Positions 1 through 9,910 of a stretch of DNA of 64,000 nt are shown piece after piece. The DNA lies in the NCBI GenBank assembly GCA_964430945.1, contig CAYSHH010000001.1, positions 82,678 through 146,677 of the forward strand, given 5' to 3'. How positions within the stretch are numbered: position 1 is the stretch's first letter; each line of letters begins with the position of its first letter. A model generated the notes under the pieces. The model was not told where the DNA came from. It was given only the letters and a program-made list of their open reading frames with translations, and searched no databases. Both the position numbers and the translations under genes were made by a program. The stretch comes from an uncultured Candidatus Saccharibacteria bacterium. GTDB taxonomy: Bacteria; Patescibacteriota; UBA1384; JAMDBS01; CAYSHH01.

Positions 1-734
1 ACACAAATATTTTTATGCTTTTCGCTAAGAAGTTTGCAAAACATATATTGTGGTTTATTCGTATCCTGATATTCATCTACAAGTATGTATTTAAATAATT
101 CTTGATATTTAGTCAATACTTCAAGATTTTTTTTAAATAATTCAACGGTTAAATTTAAAAGATCATCAAAATCAAGCACATTCATTGATTTTAGTCTTTT
201 CTGATATTCCGCATAAACATCTGCTACTTTTTCTTGAAAATGTCCATCAGCATATTTTCGGTAGCCTTTCGGACTAAGCATCTCACTTTTAGCACTAGAA
301 ATAAAAGATTGTATTGCTCGAGGATTATTTTTTTTAACATCAATTCCTGTATCCTTACAAACTCGTTTCACCAAGCTCAACGAATCCTGACTATCATAAA
401 TAGTAAAACTATTCTCATAACCAAGCTTATCTATGTCACGTTTTAATATTTTCAAACATATCGAATGAAAAGTACCCATCCAGGGTAATTTTAAACTCTC
501 CTGATCCGACAAAAGCTGACTTATTCTTTCTTTCATTTCATTTGCAGCCTTGTTCGTGAAAGTTACCGCTAATATATTGTAAGGAGAAACTTTTTTTTCT
601 TCCACAAGATATGCAATACGATGTGTAAGTGTTTTTGTCTTTCCGGAACCAGCACCAGCCAAAACCAAAACTGGCCCTTCGGTCTGGAGTACAGCTTCCT
701 TCTGCATTTCATTTAAACCATTCAATATATGCAT
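1..734 (-). CDS. pcrA: UvrD/PcrA family ATP-dependent DNA helicase, 5' part (runs off window start)
   Basis: Not in ORF track; manual translation from ATG at 734 gives MHILNGLNEMQKEAVLQTEGPVLVLAGAGSGKTKTLTHRIAYLVEEKKVSPYNILAVTFTNKAANEMKER (Walker A plus TFTNKAA motif Ia); AAGGAG RBS upstream. Confidence 0.93.
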   Translation of the reverse strand, partial: MHILNGLNEMQKEAVLQTEGPVLVLAGAGSGKTKTLTHRIAYLVEEKKVSPYNILAVTFTNKAANEMKERISQLLSDQESLKLPWMGTFHSICLKILKRDIDKLGYENSFTIYDSQDSLSLVKRVCKDTGIDVKKNNPRAIQSFISSAKSEMLSPKGYRKYADGHFQEKVADVYAEYQKRLKSMNVLDFDDLLNLTVELFKKNLEVLTKYQELFKYILVDEYQDTNKPQYMFCKLLSEKHKNIC

Positions 735-839
735 ATGCTCCTTAAAATCACTAATATTTTATTAAAATAATTATTTACAACACAATACTATCTCTAGTGT
801 AATAAATATTACCGATTAAACCAAAAATACATTCATTAT

Positions 840-873
840 TGTGGATAACTATTTCGTATCATTCTGTGGATAA
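840..873. promoter_or_regulatory. Two perfect DnaA boxes (TGTGGATAA at 840-848 and 865-873) upstream of pcrA
   Basis: Exact reverse complements of TTATCCACA, same orientation, 25 bp apart. Confidence 0.55.
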
Positions 874-1003
874 CTAGAAAACTACTTATATTTAATTATA
901 TTCTTACCTGTTATATGATCACTGTAGCAAACCCTTGACAAAGATATATATAAATGGGATCATACTATAATTTAGTAAAACATTAAAAAACAGTCACCCT
1001 CAA

Positions 1004-1248
1004 ATAGCAGCGATAGTATGCTTCAAGCAAGTACTCAAAATGTTCTTGGAGCATACTATCTCTACTATGTATCAATTTAACAAAGTAGGGATAATCACAC
1101 AGAAGATATGCATTCTTTCTTATAACCACGTGTTTTAGGAAGGAACGCGGAATATCTCTCTGTGTACACAGAGAGCGGTTTGAGAAAGAAGTACGGTAAA
1201 TAATTTAATGATCTGTTTGCCGATTATACTTCACTCGAGCCGCTTTTT
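1004..1248 (+). ncRNA. Putative structured non-coding RNA of three consecutive long hairpins ending in a U-run
   Basis: Stems 1004-1068, 1097-1165 and 1174-1244 with about seven U-G pairs that only pair on the + strand; TTGACA (935-940) and TATAAT (966-971) upstream, at non-canonical spacing. Confidence 0.5.
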
Positions 1249-1253
1249 AGTTA

Positions 1254-2654
1254 TTAAAAATCTTCCTCTGCAGTATAATTTGTATCTAAAGTCTGAAACT
1301 GGGTTCTCTCGCCACAAAAATACAACTTAACTGAACCAATAGGTCCATTTCTATGCTTTCGGATCAAAACTTCTGCGATATTCTTATCTTCTGTTTCTGG
1401 ATCATAATATTCATCTCTATATATAAACATTACAACATCGGCATCTTGCTCAATTGACCCAGATTCACGAAGATCAGACAGTTGGGGTCGTTTATCAGGC
1501 CTGTGTTCAACTGCACGCGAGAGCTGACTTAAAGCGATAACTGGAACATTTATCTCTCTGGCCAAAGCTTTAAGCCCTCGCGAAATTTCAGAAATCTCTT
1601 GTACCCTATTTACATCACCAGATGTTTTCGATCCTTGCATAAGCTGCAAATAATCAATAATAATTAGTCTTACATCATTTTCCATTTGTAATCTTCGAGC
1701 TTTCGCCCTTATTTCCATAACATTCGAAAAGGGTTGATCATCAATAAAAATTGGTGCTTCTGAAAGAACACCCATGGCATATCCTATCTTGGGAAAATCA
1801 TCTTCTGAAAGTTTTCCGGTTCTAAGCTTCCAAGCATCAATACCAGCTTGAGCACATATCATCCTATCAGCAAGCTGTTCTTTTGATTGCTCCAAAGAAA
1901 AAACCGCAACACCTTTCTTCTCTTTGATCGCAACATGTTCTGCAATATTAAGTGCTAATGAAGTCTTACCCATCGATGGTCTGGCAGCAAGAATTATTAA
2001 ATCCGATGATTGCAATCCTGCTAAAAGATTATCAAGATGTTTAAATCCAGTAGGAAGTCCTTTTACTTTTCCATTGTCATTATGAAGCTCATCCATTCTT
2101 TCAAAAGACTCTGCTAAAATATCTTTTATTGGCACAAAATTCTGATTAGTAGAATTTTGTGATACCGAAAATAGGAGCTGTTCTGATTTGTCTAATATAT
2201 CACTTATTTCATTCTTTTCAGTGAAAGCCAAAGAAGAAATTTCATTGGCAGCGTCGATCAGTCTTCTTAAAGTCCCCTTAGAATGAACAATGTTTGCATA
2301 GTGCACCACATGAGCAGATGTTGGCACCATACTTACAAGATTGGTCAGATATGTCGCTCCACCAATCTCCTTAAGCTTTTTCTTTGATTCTAAATTGTCA
2401 GTCAGGGTAATTACATCAATTGCTCTTCTCTTCTCAAAAAGTTCGATCATCGCTGAATATATTATCCGATGAGAAGGTTCGTAGAAATCATCTGAAAAAA
2501 GTTTATCAGCAATTTTAATAAGACATTTAGAATCAAGAAGTATCGAACCAAGCACTGATTGTTCGGCTTCAACATTCTGCGGTGGTGCAAAAATATTATT
2601 GGTTCTATCCAATATGTCAGACTTCTTACTTTTTTGATAATTTATTTTGGTCAT
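1254..2654 (-). CDS. dnaB: Replicative DNA helicase DnaB
   Basis: PPQNVEAEQSVLG N-terminus, AARPSMGKT Walker A, IIDYLQLM, DLRESGSIEQDAD. Confidence 0.98.
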   Translation of the reverse strand: MTKINYQKSKKSDILDRTNNIFAPPQNVEAEQSVLGSILLDSKCLIKIADKLFSDDFYEPSHRIIYSAMIELFEKRRAIDVITLTDNLESKKKLKEIGGATYLTNLVSMVPTSAHVVHYANIVHSKGTLRRLIDAANEISSLAFTEKNEISDILDKSEQLLFSVSQNSTNQNFVPIKDILAESFERMDELHNDNGKVKGLPTGFKHLDNLLAGLQSSDLIILAARPSMGKTSLALNIAEHVAIKEKKGVAVFSLEQSKEQLADRMICAQAGIDAWKLRTGKLSEDDFPKIGYAMGVLSEAPIFIDDQPFSNVMEIRAKARRLQMENDVRLIIIDYLQLMQGSKTSGDVNRVQEISEISRGLKALAREINVPVIALSQLSRAVEHRPDKRPQLSDLRESGSIEQDADVVMFIYRDEYYDPETEDKNIAEVLIRKHRNGPIGSVKLYFCGERTQFQTLDTNYTAEEDF

Positions 2655-2786
2655 ATTTTTTTATATCTATACTTAAATTAATCGTTGATATACTCATCAT
2701 AAAAAAAACTGTCATCTTTGACAATTCTTCCTGTCAAAAAATATTGTGAGGATAGACAGAGGAAAAGAAGTGGATAGATCTAATCT

Positions 2787-4349
2787 CTATTCACCAAATA
2801 CATCCATCGCCTCTGACGCCAATTCATTTTCTTCACTCTTGTTGTCTTTACTACTACTCATCTGAGATATCTTCTGAACCAAATTAGAATCAACTACAAA
2901 CTTAAGCTGGCATTTATTATTGGTATATTTTTCAATACACGCACATATTTCTTGATAAACCAACTTATTCTCTAATTTATCTTTGTATAACTTAAATTCA
3001 ACCCCAATAACCAGTTTGTCATCTTCTACTTTGAGAGGTGCTGAATTCTTAAGAATAATTTTGAGTGAATGATTTTTCGCCATCTTACCAACTATATTTC
3101 TCCAATCATTCTTAATCTTCTTAATATCAATTTTTACATTTTTAGTCTCACTCTGAAGTTCTTTTTTGTCTACCAAATCAATCTTCTTTTCTATAACAAC
3201 TTTTTTCTCTACAGTTTTTTTATTCTCCTTAGATTCAACATTTTTTACATCTATTGGCACAACGATATTTTCCTTCTCGCCAATTAGATTAAAAACTGCT
3301 ATCTCGAGTGGCAAATAGCTAAGACTAGTATTTTTTAAATCCTGGTTTACTTTGATAAATGTTTCAATATATTTTACAATCATCTGGCTATTTATACGCT
3401 CAACGATTGATAAGATTTTTTTCTTTTCTTCATCTGTAGTATGATTTAAAACTTCGATATAATCATATTTTATTAATAATATTTTTCTCAAGTACTCTAC
3501 CAATTCAATTGCAAACTGTTCTAGATCAGCCCCTCCGTCATAAAGTCGATGGATCAATCCAATAATTTTTTTTACATCCTTATTTAATAAATAATCAATA
3601 AACTTATATATTGACTCCTGAGAAGCTAGACCCAAAATATCTCTAGTCGCTATCTCATCAATCTTTTCTGAAACATTTGATACTTGATCAAGAAGGGATA
3701 TTGCATCTCTCATACCACCCCTAGACACATTGGCAATTATCCTTATTGATTCCTTGTCAATATTAATTCCTTCTTTTTTTGCAATCTCAGAAAGTCTATT
3801 CGCTATATTTAAGACACTATGAAGATAGAAATCGAATTGCTGAGTTCTAGAAATAATTGTATCAGGAACCTTATGAAGCTCTGTTGTTGCCAATATAAAA
3901 ACAACATGCTTCGGTGGCTCCTCCAAAGTCTTTAATAGTGCATTAAATGCCTCTCTAGTAAGCATATGTACTTCATCAATAATAAACACTTTATATCGTT
4001 TACCGGATGCTGCAAAACGCACCTTGTCACGTAGTGCTCTTATTTCGTCTATACCTCTATTGGATGCTGCATCTATTTCGATGATATCCATCGCAGTCCC
4101 TTCATTGATTTCTCTACAGGATTGACATTTATTACATGGTTCAAAACCATTATTCTTTCGCTCAACACAGTTAAGTGATTTTGCCAAAAGCCTTGCCATT
4201 GTAGTTTTTCCTGTTCCTCGAGGACCTGAAAAAAGATATGCATGAGCAATTTTATTGGTAGATATAGCACTCGTAATTACCTTAACTACATGTGTCTGTC
4301 CAACGACCTCAGAAAACTTTTGTGATCGATATTTTGTATATAGATTCAT
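2787..4349 (-). CDS. dnaX: DNA polymerase III subunit gamma/tau
   Basis: HAYLFSGPRGTGKTT, Zn motif C..PCNKCQSC, EIDAASNRG, IIDEVHML, LKTLEEPP. Confidence 0.97.
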   Translation of the reverse strand: MNLYTKYRSQKFSEVVGQTHVVKVITSAISTNKIAHAYLFSGPRGTGKTTMARLLAKSLNCVERKNNGFEPCNKCQSCREINEGTAMDIIEIDAASNRGIDEIRALRDKVRFAASGKRYKVFIIDEVHMLTREAFNALLKTLEEPPKHVVFILATTELHKVPDTIISRTQQFDFYLHSVLNIANRLSEIAKKEGINIDKESIRIIANVSRGGMRDAISLLDQVSNVSEKIDEIATRDILGLASQESIYKFIDYLLNKDVKKIIGLIHRLYDGGADLEQFAIELVEYLRKILLIKYDYIEVLNHTTDEEKKKILSIVERINSQMIVKYIETFIKVNQDLKNTSLSYLPLEIAVFNLIGEKENIVVPIDVKNVESKENKKTVEKKVVIEKKIDLVDKKELQSETKNVKIDIKKIKNDWRNIVGKMAKNHSLKIILKNSAPLKVEDDKLVIGVEFKLYKDKLENKLVYQEICACIEKYTNNKCQLKFVVDSNLVQKISQMSSSKDNKSEENELASEAMDVFGE

Positions 4350-4498
4350 AATCGCTCATTCCAAACGCTAATTATATTGACTCATTATTCCCACAATTTC
4401 ATAACTCATAAAAATAACACCGCACATAAGTGTTAATGTTTATACTATTTAAAAATTTATATTATCTGCGATAAATAATCAATGCTAAATTATCTCAA

Positions 4499-4918
4499 CT
4501 ACTGTGCAGATTGTTCTATTTTTTTCCTATTTTCAGCGATTACATTCTCAATTTTTTCTACAACTTCCTTTGGCATAACTTCTGATTTAACGATATAATC
4601 ACTTGCTCCATCTGCAATACCTTTTTGTTTATGGTTTTCCTGAGACAAAGATGTAAGTATGATTACCGGAATATTCTTCGTTTCTGGAGTTGATTTGATG
4701 ATATTTAAAACATCAAAACCGTTCACTTTTGGCATCATTACATCAAGAAGCATTACATGAGGCAAACTTTCTACAGCCTTAGAAAGTGCAACTTCACCAT
4801 TAGGAGCCGTTATTACATCATATCCAGAAGCCTCAAGCCTCTCCTTGTACATATCCAAAAGTGTCTTGTCATCGTCTACTACAAGTACTCTAGTTTTGGG
4901 AGAATTGTCATCATTCAT
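4499..4918 (-). CDS. Single-domain response regulator (REC)
   Basis: VLVVDDD, LLDVMMPKVNG, IPVIILT, DYIVK; start moved to ATG 4918 to avoid overlap with the kinase. Confidence 0.92.
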   Translation of the reverse strand: MNDDNSPKTRVLVVDDDKTLLDMYKERLEASGYDVITAPNGEVALSKAVESLPHVMLLDVMMPKVNGFDVLNIIKSTPETKNIPVIILTSLSQENHKQKGIADGASDYIVKSEVMPKEVVEKIENVIAENRKKIEQSAQ

Positions 4919-4973
4919 ATTTATCCCATTAATTAATGATATTATATCACAAAAGAAATTTATAAAAACTAGT

Positions 4974-7184
4974 CTAATTTTGTTTCTTTTCTTTCTCCCT
5001 AGGTAGACTAAATGAGAACACACTTCCTTTACCAATCTCTGAATCAACCTGGATCAATCCACCCATAAGCTCAATAATCTGCTTGGTTATATAAAGCCCT
5101 AAACCGGTTCCCTGGGCCCCAGAGTTATCTGCGTTCGAAGCTCTATAAAATTTCTCAAACAAATGCGCAATCTCATCTTTTGGTATACCAACACCAGTAT
5201 CGATAACTGATACTCTGACTACAGACAAAGAAAAATCAGCTCTTACTTTCACAGAACCTTTGTCGGTGTATTTAATCGCATTACTTATAAGATTAACCAA
5301 CGCTTGATGTACTCTTTCTGGATCTGCCCAAACTTGCGGCAAATCTCTATCCAAACCCTCTGCCGCAAATTCTAATTTCTTCTCATTCGCCTTAGGTTGC
5401 ATTTCTGCCACAACCTGCTGAATCATCGCTTTCAGATCAAAATTCTTACTCTGAATAATAATTCTCCCACCCTCGATACGCGATACATTAAGAAGATCCT
5501 TTACCAACCCAGCCAACCTTTTCGAAGAAGCATAAACATTTTCTAGATATTTTCTTGCCTGAGGATCAACTTTCCCCATACCTTCATCCAATATCATTGA
5601 AAGATATCCTTCGATAGCAGAAGTAGGAGTCAAAAGCTCGTGTGAAGCAATCGATACAAATTCACTCTTAAGTTGATCTTCTTCATAAAATCTTGCTTTC
5701 TCAATTGCCATAGCTGTCTGATTAGCTACACTAGATAATAGCTCCAGATCACTATCAGAAAAAATATCACCTGACTTCTTAGCGCCGAGAATAAAAACAC
5801 CAATCAAGCGTCCTTTTACAATAATAGGGATAGACACTTCTGATTTTAGATTTTTAAGCTCAAGTATTGTATTTTTAACAATTTCATCGGTTGCTCCATT
5901 CACTTCAATCTCTCTTTCTAGCTCTTCAGTAATTATCGGTCTAGAATCGATTCTAATATTACATTTTTTTACAGATCTGTTTTCTTCATCCTTAGAATCC
6001 TTACAAGTAACTTGTTTGTGTAATTTCACATACTGCTCAAAATAAGCTATCAAATGTTTATCAGGATTAAGTGTGATTTTCTCTTCGCCATACCCAACAC
6101 TCTTAGCACGTTTCACGATCATTCTTTTTGTCTCAGGATCGTGTGTAAGTACGAATGCCCCAGCGCGCGTCAAACGCATCTCAGTAACCAATATTCCAAT
6201 TATTGAAGTAAGAGCCTCGTCAAGATCTAAAACACTTGAGAGAATACTTGAAAGCTTATTGAGTACATCTTGTGGCTTATATTCTCCCTTAAATAAAAAG
6301 CTGTCTGTCCATTTTGTTAAGATTCGACGCAAAGGATCGAATCCGGCAACTATAAAAATTGTTGCAATAAGGCTCGGGGCTATTGTTTTAACAGTTATCG
6401 CTCCACCAGTGCCAAAAATTTGAGCAAACACTAAAATAACTAGCGAATACACACCCAAAACAAAAGCAAGAAGTATTGAGTAAACAACAGTTCTTTTTAT
6501 AATTACCCGAATATCGAATAAATGGTGTGCGAGAATAGAATATGAAGTAAAAAAAACAAAGAATACCAAACCGTATAAACCTAGTCGTGTAATTTTTGGA
6601 AAATCGGGCAACGCATAAGGCAATACCAAATTTGATATTGCAGCTACTACAACAGTTATCATTAAACCGAGCAATACAAAAAGGATTCTAGACCTTTCAA
6701 GCCCAGCTGACTTTTTATATTTCAAAAATAAAATCGTAATCCCAGCTGCCGCAAAACCAAAAATAAAGATATCATAAACAACCTCTAATTGACCAAATAC
6801 AACATCGTATCCATCCATAAAAAAATCCAAACCAGACACAATAAGATTTGTCGTTAAAGAAAGATAAGATATGCCCAAAACTATAAATAGCAATAAAATT
6901 TTATATATTCTACTAATTTCAAACTTTGTAAATTCTATACAAAAAACAAAAACTAAATAAGTTACAAGTATGCCCAAAGAGAAATCTACTTTGGTCATAA
7001 TCAAGGCTCGATTGATATCACCAATCTCATCGACCAGATAATTACTTGCAACCCACCCAACAATAAATATAGACAATAACCCAAAAACCTGATTAACAAC
7101 ATTTTTAGGATTTTTTGAAAATACAAAAACACCAAGGAATAAATCAACAATCAAGATCAATATAAAAATAATTAACTCAAACAT
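4974..7184 (-). CDS. Membrane sensor histidine kinase (7TM-type N-terminus, GAF, HisKA, HATPase)
   Basis: Multiple N-terminal TM helices; GAF segment with F..SDLELL; H-box ASHELLTP; N-box NLISNAIKYT; DTGVGI; GTGLGL. Confidence 0.93.
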   Translation of the reverse strand: MFELIIFILILIVDLFLGVFVFSKNPKNVVNQVFGLLSIFIVGWVASNYLVDEIGDINRALIMTKVDFSLGILVTYLVFVFCIEFTKFEISRIYKILLLFIVLGISYLSLTTNLIVSGLDFFMDGYDVVFGQLEVVYDIFIFGFAAAGITILFLKYKKSAGLERSRILFVLLGLMITVVVAAISNLVLPYALPDFPKITRLGLYGLVFFVFFTSYSILAHHLFDIRVIIKRTVVYSILLAFVLGVYSLVILVFAQIFGTGGAITVKTIAPSLIATIFIVAGFDPLRRILTKWTDSFLFKGEYKPQDVLNKLSSILSSVLDLDEALTSIIGILVTEMRLTRAGAFVLTHDPETKRMIVKRAKSVGYGEEKITLNPDKHLIAYFEQYVKLHKQVTCKDSKDEENRSVKKCNIRIDSRPIITEELEREIEVNGATDEIVKNTILELKNLKSEVSIPIIVKGRLIGVFILGAKKSGDIFSDSDLELLSSVANQTAMAIEKARFYEEDQLKSEFVSIASHELLTPTSAIEGYLSMILDEGMGKVDPQARKYLENVYASSKRLAGLVKDLLNVSRIEGGRIIIQSKNFDLKAMIQQVVAEMQPKANEKKLEFAAEGLDRDLPQVWADPERVHQALVNLISNAIKYTDKGSVKVRADFSLSVVRVSVIDTGVGIPKDEIAHLFEKFYRASNADNSGAQGTGLGLYITKQIIELMGGLIQVDSEIGKGSVFSFSLPREKEKKQN

Positions 7185-7232
7185 AATTTTTATTTTATTT
7201 ATTTAATTATAAGATAGTTCATATAATTAATA

Positions 7233-7254
7233 AAGCCGCGCACATGCGCGGCTT
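7233..7254 (-). terminator. GC-rich hairpin, likely intrinsic terminator
   Basis: AAGCCGCGCA-CA-TGCGCGGCTT just downstream of the 7261 gene. Confidence 0.6.
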
Positions 7255-7260
7255 ACCATT

Positions 7261-7722
7261 TCATTTCAAAAATATTTTTTTAATTATCGCTATGCCACCA
7301 CTATAGATTAAACACCATATGATGGCAGTGATAAAAGAAAAAAATACATTCAAATAATATACACATGGGCGTTTCCGTCCAAGTATGTACATTATTATCG
7401 CAGTCACCGAAGGACTAACCACAATTGCTGTTTTAAGACATATAAACCAAAAACCAATGGCCATTGCCTTTTTAGCAGTTTCGGCCATATCCTTCTTTTT
7501 TTTATCGATATATTCATCTATTCTCTTATCTAAACCCGTATTTTCACATAACCATGTTGTGGTTATTGAAAAAAAGGAAAATAGACAGGTAGTCAATAAT
7601 ATCGCGATAGCAATATGGAATTTACCAACCATCGCAATCGTCCAGGCTTCCTCAAAGAAAAAAACTGAAGCCTGGGTGACAAACAATCCGATTAGAACTA
7701 ATATTTTTTTCAAAAAAATCAC
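7261..7722 (-). CDS. Hypothetical multi-pass membrane protein
   Basis: About four hydrophobic segments; probable GTG start at 7722 just after the upstream gene's stop. Confidence 0.7.
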   Translation of the reverse strand: MIFLKKILVLIGLFVTQASVFFFEEAWTIAMVGKFHIAIAILLTTCLFSFFSITTTWLCENTGLDKRIDEYIDKKKKDMAETAKKAMAIGFWFICLKTAIVVSPSVTAIIMYILGRKRPCVYYLNVFFSFITAIIWCLIYSGGIAIIKKIFLK

Positions 7723-7729
7723 CTCGGCT

Positions 7730-8392
7730 TCAGATTTTAAAAAACCATTTCCAGAGCCATGGAAAAGGCCAGCCATAAAACGGATTTTTCCACTTCATAA
7801 GCACTCCGTAATTACAGCTCTCAGGATCCTCGAAATAGTTCTCAATCAGCCGAACAATCTTCAATCCGGCCTTTTCATAAAGATATATTTCGGGATCCAT
7901 CGGCTTACCAAGCCGATTTCTTTTGCCAATATATTCCTGAGCAGTCATTTGTTTTTTCTTCTTATAATACCTAGGCATGCGACTACCCAGAAAAACATTT
8001 TTCACTCCATATTCAATCGCCAGTCGAGCAACAGCCTCCATGAGCTCGACCGATACCCCACTAGACGCATGAGGTGAAACACTTAGATTAATCCCATAAA
8101 GTGCATCACTCTCTGTCTCAGGAAATCCATTTCCATCATTAGAAATCTTATACCAAGTTAAACCCTCGGTATATTTGATAAATTGAGAATCGATCCATAT
8201 CACATTAATAAAACCCTGGATCTTTCCTCCGACTTCAGCGACGACATTTCCACCAGGAAAGTTATCGATAAGGTTTTCGAGATTTTTCTCAGAAAACTGA
8301 AATTTACCCTCCCATGCTTCACCCTCAACCTGAAGCATTTGGGAAATATCGCTGAGCAGAGCTTTTCTGATTGTTACTTTTTTCTTCATCAT
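7730..8392 (-). CDS. GNAT-family acyltransferase (YkwB-like / GNAT domain seen fused to nitrilases)
   Basis: TIRKA start, YGINLSVSP, LGSRMPRY, DP..Y..G.....I.NYFEDPES..YGVLM.W.NP; AAAGGAG RBS before ATG 8392. Confidence 0.75.
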   Translation of the reverse strand: MMKKKVTIRKALLSDISQMLQVEGEAWEGKFQFSEKNLENLIDNFPGGNVVAEVGGKIQGFINVIWIDSQFIKYTEGLTWYKISNDGNGFPETESDALYGINLSVSPHASSGVSVELMEAVARLAIEYGVKNVFLGSRMPRYYKKKKQMTAQEYIGKRNRLGKPMDPEIYLYEKAGLKIVRLIENYFEDPESCNYGVLMKWKNPFYGWPFPWLWKWFFKI

Positions 8393-8499
8393 TACATCTC
8401 CTTTGTTTAAGATCAAAAAATTTAGACACTTTAGAGTATCATAAAACACTCTCCAAGTCAATGCAAAGTTTAATCAAAAGTATATAAAATTATATAATA

Positions 8500-8703
8500 T
8501 TACTTATCTGTATTTTTCTCTTTAACAATAGATATAGCCTCAGATGGACATGCATCGATTGCTTGCTCAATACACTCCTTATTCGCTTCTAGATCAGCCT
8601 CTTTTTTCACAATAGCTTTATCGTCTTTTAATTCAAATACGTCTTCACAAAGAGATGCACAAGTACCACAAGCAGTACAGTCATCATTTATTATTACCTT
8701 CAT
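8500..8703 (-). CDS. Single-cluster ferredoxin
   Basis: CTACGTC...ACP motif; true start ATG 8703 with GAAAGGAG RBS (track extension overlaps a tRNA). Confidence 0.92.
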   Translation of the reverse strand: MKVIINDDCTACGTCASLCEDVFELKDDKAIVKKEADLEANKECIEQAIDACPSEAISIVKEKNTDK

Positions 8704-8746
8704 AAATCTCCTTTCAAATTTTATATATTTATAACAAAATAATTTT

Positions 8747-8821
8747 TGGCAGTCCCAAGGGGAATCGAACCCCTGTTTCAAGCTTGAGAAGCTTACGTCC
8801 TAGCCGCTAGACGATGGGACC
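8747..8821 (-). tRNA. tRNA-Glu(CTC)
   Basis: Cloverleaf GGTCCCA...TAAGC TT CTC AA GCTTG...GGTTCGATTCC...TGGGACT G CCA. Confidence 0.95.
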
Positions 8822-8939
8822 ATATTTGGTATTATTTATTTTAAAAAATATTCAGACATAAAAAACAATGTCTAAGTTCACAAAGTTAATTACGCATAAA
8901 AATACTACCAAAATGATAGTATATTGTAAATAATATCAA

Positions 8940-9326
8940 TTACTTATCCCACCCAATAATCTTTTTGACTTTCTCGACTACATCTCCAGGCATTGTCTCT
9001 GATTTAGAAAGAAACTCCACTGCTCCCGCATTGCTTGCCAATCTCTTAAATTCATCTCTTGGATACGCAGTAAGTATAATAACTGGAATACTCTGATATA
9101 TAGGATTTGACTTAATTATCTGAATTATTTCAATACCTCCTTTGCCTGGAAGCATTAAATCCAAAAGTACAATATCTGGTTTTTCTTCAGCCAATCGTTT
9201 CATCGCCATGTCACCATATCTTTCAGTAACAACGATAAACTTTTCCTTTTCAAATCGAATCTTATACATCTCCATTAGTTTCTCGTCATCTTCTACTATC
9301 AATATAACAGGTCTTAGTTCTCCCAT
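8940..9326 (-). CDS. Single-domain response regulator (REC)
   Basis: ILIVEDD, LLDLMLP, IPVIILT, FLSK; GAGGTG RBS before ATG 9326. Confidence 0.92.
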   Translation of the reverse strand: MGELRPVILIVEDDEKLMEMYKIRFEKEKFIVVTERYGDMAMKRLAEEKPDIVLLDLMLPGKGGIEIIQIIKSNPIYQSIPVIILTAYPRDEFKRLASNAGAVEFLSKSETMPGDVVEKVKKIIGWDK

Positions 9327-9327
9327 T

Positions 9328-9840
9328 TTACACCTCACCTATCATATATAATATTTTCTCTGCAAATTCGCAAACCGCCCCGGGACCATTCGCTGTCACA
9401 ATATTTGCATCCACCTGTACGTCATTTGTTGTATATTCCGCATTAGCATCATCTAAATATTTACGATGTTTCGAAGATATAGTAGCTTTTTTCCCATTCA
9501 AAATTCCCGATCTTGCCAAAATAGCTGGAGCAACACAGATTGCCCCAATAATTTTTCCTTCATCATTAAAACCTCGAATAATATCAAGTAACATTTCATT
9601 ATCGAGATAAACTATTGCCCCAGATCCACCAACAAATATAATTGCATCAAAATCATTTACGCCAATATCCTCAATTGTCAAATCTGGTTCAATCTTAGTT
9701 CCCCTACTTCCTATACAAGTATTATACTCTTTACTAGCAGTTAAAACTTCAATACCATTTTGCTCTAGTATATCTTTAGGAATTTGATATTCCTTATCTT
9801 GAAAATCTTTTGGTGCTATGACCAATAGAACAGTTTTCAT
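9328..9840 (-). CDS. DJ-1/PfpI family protein
   Basis: FQDKEY, FDAIIFVGGSG, GAICVAP nucleophile elbow, IVTANGP. Confidence 0.93.
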   Translation of the reverse strand: MKTVLLVIAPKDFQDKEYQIPKDILEQNGIEVLTASKEYNTCIGSRGTKIEPDLTIEDIGVNDFDAIIFVGGSGAIVYLDNEMLLDIIRGFNDEGKIIGAICVAPAILARSGILNGKKATISSKHRKYLDDANAEYTTNDVQVDANIVTANGPGAVCEFAEKILYMIGEV

Positions 9841-9910
9841 ACTAAGCTGATCATATCAACAAAAATCCCTTCGGTAAAGAAGAGATTTTTATCACCCCGA
9901 TATTTGATAC

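Noticed and set aside
1130-1150. SRP RNA (GGAAGGAA resemblance, near dnaX)
   Set aside because: Lacks the CAGG...GNRA...AGCA domain IV geometry; the purine run is paired within a long stem
735-1253. oriC
   Set aside because: Only two DnaA boxes, no dnaA/dnaN nearby, and core genes stay on the minus strand on both sides
7385-8077. 230-aa plus-strand ORF
   Set aside because: Antisense to two better-supported genes; no motifs
8704-8781. N-terminal extension of ferredoxin ORF
   Set aside because: Overlaps tRNA-Glu; the real start with RBS is at 8703
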